Of a DNA stretch of 58,415 nt, positions 32,023-40,035 are shown piece by piece. Position numbers and translations under genes: made by a program. The notes beneath the pieces were generated by a model, which had not been told where the DNA came from, searched no databases, and was given only the letters and a program-made list of their open reading frames with translations. Numbering within the stretch: the first letter of the stretch is position 1; each line of letters starts with the position of its first letter. Origin of the DNA: Verrucomicrobiota bacterium (GTDB taxonomy: Bacteria; Verrucomicrobiota; Lentisphaeria; Lentisphaerales; Lentisphaeraceae); contig JBDKFG010000062.1 in the NCBI GenBank assembly GCA_039798785.1, positions 1-58,415 of the forward strand. The letters run 5' to 3'.

Positions 32023-32051
32023 GGGGGATTCCTGGTTTTTTGGATGGACAA

Positions 32052-32636
32052 TTATTGGGCTTTGCCGGCGTCGAGGACTTCGAATTCGGCGCGGCGTTCG
32101 GCGCTCCAGACGGCGTCGTTGCCGTTGGGGGTGGAGTTCTCTTCGCCCATCGACTGCGAATTCAAGCGCGGCGCAAGAGCGGCGGTGTTCTGGATCAGGG
32201 CTTCCTTGACCGCGAGGGCGCGGCGTTCGCTGAGGGCGCGGTTGTATTCTTCGCTGCCGCGTTCGTCGGAGTGGCCTTTGATGACGCAGACGTACTTGGG
32301 GTTGGCGGTGAGGAAGGCGGCCATGGCCTGGACCTTGGCGGCTTCTTCCGGCTTGATCGCGGCGGAGTCGAAGTCGAAGTGGACGGCGGCGATGTCGTGC
32401 TTGACGACGGGGAGCTGGTTGAGCTTGCTGACGCCGTCTTTGTCGGGGGTGACGAGATCTTCGATTTTGAGTGCGGGGAGCTTGTCCTTTCCGTCGGTGC
32501 CGGGGCCTTTCGGGCCCTGGGTTTCGGGCAGGGCGACCTTGTCCTGCTGAGAGGCCGTCTTGGTCTTGGTTTTGCCGGAAGAGCAGGAGCTGACGAGGGC
32601 GAGGGCGAGCGCGGCGGCGAGGAGTCGCTGGGGCAT
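32052..32636 (-). CDS. Pal/OmpA-C lipoprotein (1st in array)
   Basis: LVSSC lipobox, VHFDFDS, GHSDERGSEEYNRALSERRA, ERRAEF. Confidence 0.9.
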   Translation of the reverse strand: MPQRLLAAALALALVSSCSSGKTKTKTASQQDKVALPETQGPKGPGTDGKDKLPALKIEDLVTPDKDGVSKLNQLPVVKHDIAAVHFDFDSAAIKPEEAAKVQAMAAFLTANPKYVCVIKGHSDERGSEEYNRALSERRALAVKEALIQNTAALAPRLNSQSMGEENSTPNGNDAVWSAERRAEFEVLDAGKAQ

Positions 32637-32851
32637 GGAGGAACCTTGGGTTGATGAGGTTTTTGAGCGCAGACCGCAAATGTTTGCGGATCATGTTCTG
32701 CGCCGAAGATATGAGCTTGATTTATGCTTACCAGCTGAAGTTCGCGCATGTGCGAGGATTTTTTTCACGGCTTTGCCGGGAGCTTCGCGTCGGTCGCTCG
32801 GGGGAGGGGCTCGGCGGCGGAAGAAAATCTGAAAAAACCTCGGGCGGCGGC

Positions 32852-32879
32852 TTGCAGAGTGGCGGCACGCTTGTATCCT
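32852..32879 (+). promoter_or_regulatory. Putative tRNA promoter
   Basis: TTGCAG-16 nt-TATCCT followed by a GC-rich discriminator. Confidence 0.55.
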
Positions 32880-32893
32880 TTGGGCCGTCCGAC

Positions 32894-32970
32894 GCACTCG
32901 TAGCTCAATTGGATAGAGCATCTGGCTACGAACCAGAAGGTTTGAGGTTCGACCCCTCACGAGTGTACCA
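32894..32970 (+). tRNA. tRNA-Arg(ACG)
   Basis: Cloverleaf; anticodon arm TCTGG-CTACGAA-CCAGA; GTTCGA; CCA end. Confidence 0.97.
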
Positions 32971-32987
32971 GGACGGCACGATTTCAT

Positions 32988-33064
32988 GCACTCGTAGCTC
33001 AATTGGATAGAGCATCTGGCTACGAACCAGAAGGTTTGAGGTTCGACCCCTCACGAGTGTACCA
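32988..33064 (+). tRNA. tRNA-Arg(ACG), identical tandem copy
   Basis: Same 77-nt sequence after a 17-nt spacer. Confidence 0.97.
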
Positions 33065-33067
33065 CTT

Positions 33068-33097
33068 CCAGCAGCGCCGCAAGCCTGCTGGTTTTTT
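33068..33097 (+). terminator. Terminator after the tRNA-Arg pair
   Basis: CCAGCAG...CTGCTGG followed by TTTTTT. Confidence 0.8.
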
Positions 33098-33133
33098 GCG
33101 CCCTGCGCAAGCCTTCAAATCCCGGGTCCGCCG

Positions 33134-34069
33134 ATGTCCCCGATCCTGACCATTCTCCTGCCGCTGATCCTGCTCACCGCGCTGGCCCGCTGGGGGATCA
33201 GCCGTCACTGGTTCAGCGCCGCCTTCCTGCGCGACTGTTCGAAGTTCTGCTACTGGGTGGCGCTGCCGGCATTCCTCTTCGACGCGGCGTCGAAAACCCG
33301 TCTTCAGAGCAGCGATCTCCTGCCTTCGGGAATCCTCCTCTCCGCCACCCTCGCCGTCTGCTTCTTGGCCTGGCTTGGCGCCAAAGCCGCCGGAATGGCG
33401 GCGGAGAGCCGGGCCTCCTTGGTCCACGCCGGCTTCCGCGGCAATCTCGCCTATGTCGGCATCCCGGTGGTCGCCTTCGCCGGCCAAAGCCTGCAGCTCG
33501 AGGGACTCAACGAAAGCTGCGCCGTCCTCGCCGCCGCGCCGGTCATCCCCTGCTTCAGCATCCTCGCCGTCGCCGTCCTCACCCTCAACCTCGGGCAGAA
33601 AGGCAGCGGCCGGATCCAGAACGCCGCTTGGGAGACATTGAAAAACCCCTTGATCCTGTCGACCCTGGCCGGACTAGCCCTCGCCTACTTTTCCCTGCCC
33701 TTGCCGGCGGTTCTGCAACGATGCGTCGCCATCCCTGCCGCCGCGGCCCTGCCGCTGGCGCTGATCCTCTTGGCCGAAGCGGTCGACACCGAGGCCTTCC
33801 GTTCCCGCTGGAAACCGGCGCTGGCCGCGGCGATCCTGAAAACCCTGGTCAAGCCGCTGATCGTCTTCGTCCTCTGCCAGGTCTTTGCTCTCGACAAGGG
33901 CTTGAGCGCCACCTTGCTGCTTCTCGCCGCCTGCCCCACCGCGATCGCCTCGCAGATCCTCAACGACCGCCTCGGCGGCGATTCCCGCCTGCAGGGCGCC
34001 GCCATCGCCCTGTCGACCCTGATGGCGCCGCTGGCGATGTCACTGATCCTGATCTGGGCGGCGCCTTAG
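33134..34069 (+). CDS. AEC (auxin efflux carrier) family transporter
   Basis: VALPAFLF, RGNLAYVGIP, NPLI, ACPTA; multi-TM. Confidence 0.88.
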   Translation: MSPILTILLPLILLTALARWGISRHWFSAAFLRDCSKFCYWVALPAFLFDAASKTRLQSSDLLPSGILLSATLAVCFLAWLGAKAAGMAAESRASLVHAGFRGNLAYVGIPVVAFAGQSLQLEGLNESCAVLAAAPVIPCFSILAVAVLTLNLGQKGSGRIQNAAWETLKNPLILSTLAGLALAYFSLPLPAVLQRCVAIPAAAALPLALILLAEAVDTEAFRSRWKPALAAAILKTLVKPLIVFVLCQVFALDKGLSATLLLLAACPTAIASQILNDRLGGDSRLQGAAIALSTLMAPLAMSLILIWAAP

Positions 34070-34088
34070 GACGGGAGGCGGAAGGCGG

Positions 34089-34208
34089 AACCACGAATGG
34101 ACACGAATAGACACGAATTTTGGGGGAAGGGGACGGGCAGAGTTTGGTGTCGAAGCTAGACCTGCGCGACCTGATTCCATTCGTGTGAATTCGTGTCCAT
34201 TCGTGGTT
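34089..34208. repeat. Tandem-10-mer hairpin A3
   Basis: AACCACGAATGGACACGAATAGACACGAAT / ATTCGTGTGAATTCGTGTCCATTCGTGGTT between convergent genes. Confidence 0.9.
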
Positions 34209-34220
34209 CTTGTTATGAGC

Positions 34221-35612
34221 TCAGCTGCCGAAGATCTTGCCGCCGGCGATGGCGAGGCCGATGATCGCGCCGATGCTGGAGAGGATGAAGACCAGCAAGA
34301 TGCGGGTGCAGCGGTTGCGGCGCCAGCCGGCGAAGGTGGCGGAGTCTTCCGACAAGGCTTCGAGGTCGCCGACGGTGGGTTTGCGAACCCAGGCTTCGAC
34401 CAGGCCGGTGGCCATGCCGACGCCAAGCTGGGGCAGCAGGGTGGTGATCGGGGCGGCGACGAAGGCGGCGAGGATGGTGACGGGATGGGCGAGGGCCAAT
34501 AGCGAGCCGAGGGCGGCGCCGCCACCGGTCCAGAGGATCCAGGATTTCGCCATTTCGCCGGCCTTGTCGTAGTCGCCGCGATACACCGTCAGGCCGATGA
34601 CCGCGATCAGGGAGGCCGGGATCAGCCATTTGAAGAAGGTGCCGAACTTCGAGGGGGGCGGCTGACGGTCGAGCTCTTCCAGATCGACCTGGGATTGCCA
34701 GTTGGCGATCATCCCGGGGACGTGGCCGGCGCCGACCACGGCGAGGATCTTCTTGCCTTGGACGTGGCGGAGTTTTTCGACCATGTAGAGGTCGCGTTCA
34801 TCGATCAGGCGGTGCTTGATGTCGGGGAAGTCGCGACCCATTTCGGCGAGCATGTTCTGCAGGACGTCCTGCTTCTTGAGCTCTTCGATCTTCTCGCGGC
34901 TGAGTTCGCCTTCGGAGCTGGTTTCGCGGCGGCGTCCGATCGGCATGAAGCTGATGGCGACGGCGGCGAGCAGGCCGAAGATGAGGAACTTCTTCTTGCT
35001 GAAACCGGAATCTGCGGCAGCCGCATCGGCAGGGGCGGCGGGGCTGAGGGCGGCGGCGTCGGTTTTTGCGGGGGACGCAGGAGCCGTGGCCGGTTTCGAG
35101 TCAGGGATGAAGAAGGCACCGAGGAGGACGAGGAAGATCAGCAGGTTGGCGAGCATCGCGTTCCAGCCGAAGATACTGGCGAGGAAATTGAGTTTGCCCT
35201 TGCCGCTCATCAGGCCCCAGGTGCGGGACAGGGTGGTGCGGACGTTGCGGTCGATCGGCTGCGGCGTCAGGCCGGCAGCGGCGGCGGATTCGCAGGCCTG
35301 GATCATCTCGAGGCCGGGCTTGACCCCGAGCTTCTTGGCGATGTTCTTCTGGTAGGAGGCGAGGACGAGGTTGCTGATCAGGACCATCGTCTTGCCTTCG
35401 CGGAAGACCTTGACCAGATCGGTCTTGCGCCAGGCTTCTTTGTCGAGGATGTTTTTCAGGCGGGCATCGCAGAGCTCGATGGCGACGCAGTCCGGTTTCT
35501 CTTCTTCGATCAGGCGCTTGACTTCATCGGCGCTGTCCTGGGAGACGTGGGCAGTGCCGAGGAGGAGGATTTCGGCGCCGTCGGCGCGGGTGAGGCGGGT
35601 CAGATTCGACAT
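34221..35612 (-). CDS. TraB/PrgY (TraB-GumN) family membrane protein
   Basis: LLGTAHVS, P..VAIELC..R, PG.EM, IDR, LIDERD, AVVGAGH, C-terminal TM bundle. Confidence 0.9.
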   Translation of the reverse strand: MSNLTRLTRADGAEILLLGTAHVSQDSADEVKRLIEEEKPDCVAIELCDARLKNILDKEAWRKTDLVKVFREGKTMVLISNLVLASYQKNIAKKLGVKPGLEMIQACESAAAAGLTPQPIDRNVRTTLSRTWGLMSGKGKLNFLASIFGWNAMLANLLIFLVLLGAFFIPDSKPATAPASPAKTDAAALSPAAPADAAAADSGFSKKKFLIFGLLAAVAISFMPIGRRRETSSEGELSREKIEELKKQDVLQNMLAEMGRDFPDIKHRLIDERDLYMVEKLRHVQGKKILAVVGAGHVPGMIANWQSQVDLEELDRQPPPSKFGTFFKWLIPASLIAVIGLTVYRGDYDKAGEMAKSWILWTGGGAALGSLLALAHPVTILAAFVAAPITTLLPQLGVGMATGLVEAWVRKPTVGDLEALSEDSATFAGWRRNRCTRILLVFILSSIGAIIGLAIAGGKIFGS

Positions 35613-35686
35613 GGGGGATTCCGGAGTTCAGATTTGCGAACTCAGAGATTAAGGGCTTTCGGTGGATTGGAAAGGAGTTTGCGACT

Positions 35687-36259
35687 TCAGCTCAGCAATT
35701 TCGGGTCGAAGAGGCCTTGGATGCTGGCGAGGGCCGGCACCTTGGCCCGGTCGAGGAGGGAGAGGTAGAGTTTGAGCTCGGTCAGGGCCTGTTCGGCGTC
35801 TTCGAGTGCGCGGTGGCTTTCGCTGCGGCCGAAGCGGACATCGAGGACCCACTGGAAGATCGCCTTGAAGGAGGAGATGTCGATGATGCGGTAGTGGAGG
35901 TGCTGCGAGAAGCGCGGCATGTATTTTTGCAGGAAGAGCTTGTCGAGGCTGATCGAGTTGCCGCAGAGGATGATTTTCTCATCGGGGAAGTGGCGTTTGG
36001 CGAGGTTGCCCATTTCCATTTCGACTTCGGCGAGGTTCTTGCCGCGGGGGATCTCGTTGATCAGGCCGCTTTTGCCGTGGGTGTCGCGGTTCCAGGCGTC
36101 CATCTTGTCGATGTATTCGCGCGGGCAGGCGACGACGCGGGTGTAGCGCTCGAGGATGTTGAACTTCAGGTCGGTGATCAAGACCGCCACTTCGATGATG
36201 CGATTCGTCTCGACATCCAGGCCGGTCATCTCCAAGTCAATGAAAAACAGCTTCTTCAC
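35687..36259 (-). CDS. orn: Oligoribonuclease
   Basis: IDLEMTGLD, H.KSGL, GNSI..D, HYRIIDISS, HRALED; GTG start. Confidence 0.93.
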   Translation of the reverse strand: MKKLFFIDLEMTGLDVETNRIIEVAVLITDLKFNILERYTRVVACPREYIDKMDAWNRDTHGKSGLINEIPRGKNLAEVEMEMGNLAKRHFPDEKIILCGNSISLDKLFLQKYMPRFSQHLHYRIIDISSFKAIFQWVLDVRFGRSESHRALEDAEQALTELKLYLSLLDRAKVPALASIQGLFDPKLLS

Positions 36260-36309
36260 AAAAAAACTCCCGGATGGGTGAGCCCGTGAAGGACTCGACC
36301 CATCCGGGC
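36260..36309 (-). terminator. Terminator-like hairpin between tRNA-Cys and orn, overlapping the orn RBS
   Basis: Minus strand CCCGGATGGGT...ACCCATCCGGG-AG-T7-GTG. Confidence 0.7.
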
Positions 36310-36318
36310 AAAAAAATT

Positions 36319-36392
36319 TGGAGGCGAGAACCGGAGTCGAACCGGTCTGAAAGGTTTTGCAGACCTCTGCCTAACCGCTTGGCTATCCCGCC
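36319..36392 (-). tRNA. tRNA-Cys(GCA)
   Basis: GGCGGGATAGCCAAGCGG...GAGGT-CTGCAAA-ACCTT...GTTCGACTCC...CCTCCA. Confidence 0.96.
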
Positions 36393-36409
36393 TCCTTGGA
36401 GGTGCACAG

Positions 36410-36438
36410 AGTATAAGCGGGGTTTTTCGGGCGTCCAA
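36410..36438 (-). promoter_or_regulatory. Sigma-70 promoter for tRNA-Cys
   Basis: TTGGAC-17 nt-TATACT. Confidence 0.7.
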
Positions 36439-36492
36439 CTCAAGCGAGCGGAATTCCGGAAGATTTTTCGGCTTCGGTGGCGACGGCGGAGC

Positions 36493-37911
36493 TCAAGCCT
36501 GCTGCAGCATGAACTCGATGGTGGTGCGGGCGATGAGGAAGTAGATGACCGAGGAGAAGATGTCGTTGAGGGTGGTGACGAAGGGGCCGGCGGCGAGGGC
36601 GGGGTCGATGCCGAGTTTTTTCAGGCAGATCGGGATGATCGTGCCCATGACGCAGGCGGTGGTCATGGCGCTGAGCATGGAGAAGCCGATGATCAGGGCG
36701 AGAGAGCTGTCGCTGAGGGGGGCGACGTTGATCTGGGAGAAGTGGAGCCAGAGCCAGGTGGTGGTGCCGGCGAGGAGGCCGCAGGTCAGGCCCATGCCGA
36801 TGCCGGTGAAGCTTTCGCGGGCGACAAGGCGGGCGTATTGCGAAGGCAGGATCTTCTCCAGGGCCATTTCGCGGATGAAGATGGTGGCGGCCTGCATGCC
36901 GGAGTTGCCGCTCATCGCCATGATCACCGGCGGGAAGCTGGCGAGGATCGAGATCGCCAGGATCGCCTCGAGCGGCAGGCCGATGTCGCGCAGCATGCCC
37001 TGGATGACGAAGCAGTTGGTCATGCCGAGGCCGAGGGTCACCAGTAGCCAGGGCAGGCGCATCCGGATGGTGCGGAAGATCGACACCTCGTCTTCTTCGA
37101 CCAGGTCAGGCGTACCGGTCATCTGGGCGATGTCCTCGCTGGCCTCGCGGATCGAGACGTCGAGGACGTCGTCGGCGGTGATCCTGCCGACGAGGCGGTG
37201 CTGGGCATCGAGAACCGGCATGACCCAGAGATTGTAGCGTCGGAACATCCGGGCGACTTCTTCGGAGTCCATGTCGACTGTGGCCCAGACGTGGTCACGG
37301 TCGGTGATGGTTTCGAGGGGGGTGGTGGCTTCGACGCTGATCAGGCGGACAAGGGGAGCGGTGCCTAGGAATTCACGGCTCTTGGGGTCGAGGACGTAGA
37401 CGTAGGTGACCGGATCTTTGAGGTCGGCCCGGCCGAGGGCCTTGAGGACGTTGCCGACCTTCATGTTGGCGGGGAAGGCGCAGAGCTCGGAGGTCATCAT
37501 GCCGCCGGCGGTCTCCTCGTCGAAGGAGAGCAGCTGGGTGATCTCGCGGCGGTCGGAGTCCTCCATCTCCTTCAGGACTTCGCTGGCGCGGTCGTCCTCG
37601 AGCTCGCCCAGGAAGTCGGCGGCGTCGTCGGGCGCCATCTCTTCGACGATGGCGGCGACTTCCGAGGCCGGCATGTCGTCGATCATCTCGTCGACCTGGT
37701 CCTGCTCCATGGCGAGGAGGACGTCGGAGCGGCGCTCGTCGTCCATCAGGCCGAAGAGCTCGAGGCGAGCCTCGTCGTCCTTGACCGATTCCAGGATGTC
37801 GGCGAGGTCGGCGGGTTGGATCAATTCCAGTTCACGACGGATCTCCTCGAGCTTGCGCTGCTCAAGGAGATCGAGCAGAAGCTCGGCGGTGACCGGTGTG
37901 ATTGATTCCAT
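36493..37911 (-). CDS. mgtE: Magnesium transporter MgtE
   Basis: PADLAD, DDAAD, ETAGGMM, CBS pair, RLPWL, GNSGMQ, DPALAAGPFVTTLND. Confidence 0.95.
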   Translation of the reverse strand: MESITPVTAELLLDLLEQRKLEEIRRELELIQPADLADILESVKDDEARLELFGLMDDERRSDVLLAMEQDQVDEMIDDMPASEVAAIVEEMAPDDAADFLGELEDDRASEVLKEMEDSDRREITQLLSFDEETAGGMMTSELCAFPANMKVGNVLKALGRADLKDPVTYVYVLDPKSREFLGTAPLVRLISVEATTPLETITDRDHVWATVDMDSEEVARMFRRYNLWVMPVLDAQHRLVGRITADDVLDVSIREASEDIAQMTGTPDLVEEDEVSIFRTIRMRLPWLLVTLGLGMTNCFVIQGMLRDIGLPLEAILAISILASFPPVIMAMSGNSGMQAATIFIREMALEKILPSQYARLVARESFTGIGMGLTCGLLAGTTTWLWLHFSQINVAPLSDSSLALIIGFSMLSAMTTACVMGTIIPICLKKLGIDPALAAGPFVTTLNDIFSSVIYFLIARTTIEFMLQQA

Positions 37912-38095
37912 GGGCGGAAGCCGGGGGGATGTTCAGTTCGCCGACTGTACGGGGCGGCAAGGCAATTTCCAGCCGCAGGAGCTTTTCAAGTCGCAGAAAA
38001 AAGGCTTCGCCCTCCCCCGTATTCCAAGCTCCTTGCTGGAGCCAGGCGGCGGTTGAGCGAGAGGGGCTGCGTGGCTTCAGAAAACTGACGAGGGG

Positions 38096-40021
38096 CTATC
38101 TCCGGGGGGCTGAGTTCGGATCCAGGCTGGCGGAGGGTTTCTCCTCGGGCAGGGCGGGGTCGAGGGAGAAGGTGCAACCGGCGGCGGGGGTGGCTTCCGC
38201 TTCGAGGTCGAGTTCGAGGTGGAGCGAGGCCGGCTCGGTGCCTTCGGGGAGGGAGAAGCGGAGTTTCTGCGGCGGTCCGTCGATGTCGGCGGGGGCGGCG
38301 AGCTTGGCGGCGGGGAAGCGGGCGCCCTTGGCGTCGACGAAGGCGGCGCCGTGCAGGACGAGGCGGCCTTGCGAGCCGCCGCGGCGGTGGATTTCGAGGA
38401 TGTAGTCGGCGGCGACCGGCATCTGGACGCTGAGGCCGCGGCGGATGGCGAGTTTCTGGCGGCCGGGCTTGAGCTGGCGGGGGGTGACGCCGTAGGCGAT
38501 GCTCGGTTCGTCGCCTTCGCCGCGGATGTCGAGCTGGCCGCGGGCGCCGATGCCGAAGTGGCTGGCCGGGTCGAGCTGGATGATGCGGCGGAGGATGCGT
38601 TCCTGGTCGGGCCAGCTGGCGCCGACGGCCTTGGCGGAGCGGAAGGCGGCGAGGAAGAACTGCTGCTTCTGTTCGCCGGTGAGGCGGGCGGCGCGGGGCG
38701 AGCGGATGACCTCTTCGGCGCGGGCGAGGGCGGCGGCGGCGCCCTTCTCCTTGCCCGCCTTGGCGGCCTGGTCGATCTCGCCGGGGATGGCGCCCTGGTT
38801 GAAGTCGAGTCGCCAGAGCCAGGGGTCGGAATCGGCGCCGGGGAGGCGGTGGAGTTCGTTGATCAGGGCCTTGCGCTGGTCGTGGCGCCAGGTGCCGTCG
38901 AGGATTTCGGCGGCGGCGGCGGATTCGGCGAAACGAGCGGCGGGATCGGCCAGCTTGGCGGCGGCGTCGAGGCGGGCGTAGGCGGCCTTGCTGCGGGCGA
39001 TCTGGCGGGCGAGATCGGCGGCGGCGGCGGCGGGGTCGTCGCCGACCTGGACCGGGCGGAGCTGGCCGAGGGGGCGGCGCTGCTTGTCGAAGGCGAAGAC
39101 GGCGGGGAGGTTGACGGTGTCGAGTCCGGGTTCGGCGTTGCCCTGGCGGAGTTCTTCGGCGTCGAGGGCGGCCTGGCCGAGGCTGGCGGGGATGAGGGCG
39201 AAGGAGAAGTGGCCGGGCTGGTGGCGGGGCCAGCCGCTGCGGCAGTCGATCTCGAAGGAGTAGTCGCCGGGGGCGAGCGGCGCGGCGGCGGCGAGGAGGA
39301 GGCGGATGGCGGCGCCGGGGCCGTGGCTGCTGCCCCAGACCTGGCCGCCGCCGTCATCGTTCTGGGCGTCGATCATCACCGCGTTGGCGATGTGGTTGTC
39401 GCGGTTGGCGACGAGGCGGACGAGGGGGATGCCGCGGCCCTGGGCGTCGCGGAGGCGGAGCTCCTTGATGCCGAGGTGGCCGTTGCCGGAGGCGCCGGGG
39501 CCGAGGTCGACGAGGGAGGGGTGGCAGCGCAGGTCGAGGGCGAGGGCGGCGGCCGGGCTGCCGGCGGGGACGCTGAAGCGGAGGGTGAGCTGCTCGGCTT
39601 CCGGCGCGGCGTCGCGTTTCTCGATCAGCCAGGCGCCGTCGGGCTGGCGGCGGTAGGAGCTGCCCTGGGCGGTGTCGAGGCGGATCCCCTCGGGCGGGGG
39701 CGGCAGCTTGTCGAAGATGGCGTTGACGGCGCGTTTCTCGGGGTAGTCGGCGCAGACCAGGACGCTGCCCTTGGGCAGGGCGGCGGCGAAGGCGGGGGAG
39801 CGCCAGAGGCCGTCGCGGACGCGGAGCGAGGCGGGGTTCCAGTCCGAGCCGATGGCGAGGGCGAGGACCTGGCCGTCGTCGGGGCAGCTTTCGAAGGCCT
39901 GGCGGAGGTGGGGGGCCGCAGCGGGCGGGGAGCCAGCGGCGGGGCGGCCGGGGGCGGCGGGCGACTGGGCCGCGGCGGCGAGGCTGGCGGCGGTGGCGAG
40001 GAGAAGGAGGGGGCGGAACAT
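38096..40021 (-). CDS. Exported hypothetical protein: thioredoxin-like fold lacking CxxC, interrupted by an inserted domain
   Basis: Signal peptide; IGSDWNPAS; later NLPAVFAFDKQRRPLG; insert with GPGASGNGHLGIKEL. Confidence 0.6.
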   Translation of the reverse strand: MFRPLLLLATAASLAAAAQSPAAPGRPAAGSPPAAAPHLRQAFESCPDDGQVLALAIGSDWNPASLRVRDGLWRSPAFAAALPKGSVLVCADYPEKRAVNAIFDKLPPPPEGIRLDTAQGSSYRRQPDGAWLIEKRDAAPEAEQLTLRFSVPAGSPAAALALDLRCHPSLVDLGPGASGNGHLGIKELRLRDAQGRGIPLVRLVANRDNHIANAVMIDAQNDDGGGQVWGSSHGPGAAIRLLLAAAAPLAPGDYSFEIDCRSGWPRHQPGHFSFALIPASLGQAALDAEELRQGNAEPGLDTVNLPAVFAFDKQRRPLGQLRPVQVGDDPAAAAADLARQIARSKAAYARLDAAAKLADPAARFAESAAAAEILDGTWRHDQRKALINELHRLPGADSDPWLWRLDFNQGAIPGEIDQAAKAGKEKGAAAALARAEEVIRSPRAARLTGEQKQQFFLAAFRSAKAVGASWPDQERILRRIIQLDPASHFGIGARGQLDIRGEGDEPSIAYGVTPRQLKPGRQKLAIRRGLSVQMPVAADYILEIHRRGGSQGRLVLHGAAFVDAKGARFPAAKLAAPADIDGPPQKLRFSLPEGTEPASLHLELDLEAEATPAAGCTFSLDPALPEEKPSASLDPNSAPRR

Positions 40022-40035
40022 GGCGGGTCTCCGGA

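Noticed and set aside
31408..32694. ORF-track N-terminal extensions (428-aa OmpA, 928-aa ClpB, 493-aa GAPDH, 600/610-aa ORFs at 55-57 kb)
   Set aside because: Extensions overlap other genes or lack homology; internal starts with RBS or signal peptides fit better
32894..36392. tRNA-anchored genomic island
   Set aside because: No integrase, no partial tRNA 3' duplication, and flanking genes look like ordinary chromosomal genes
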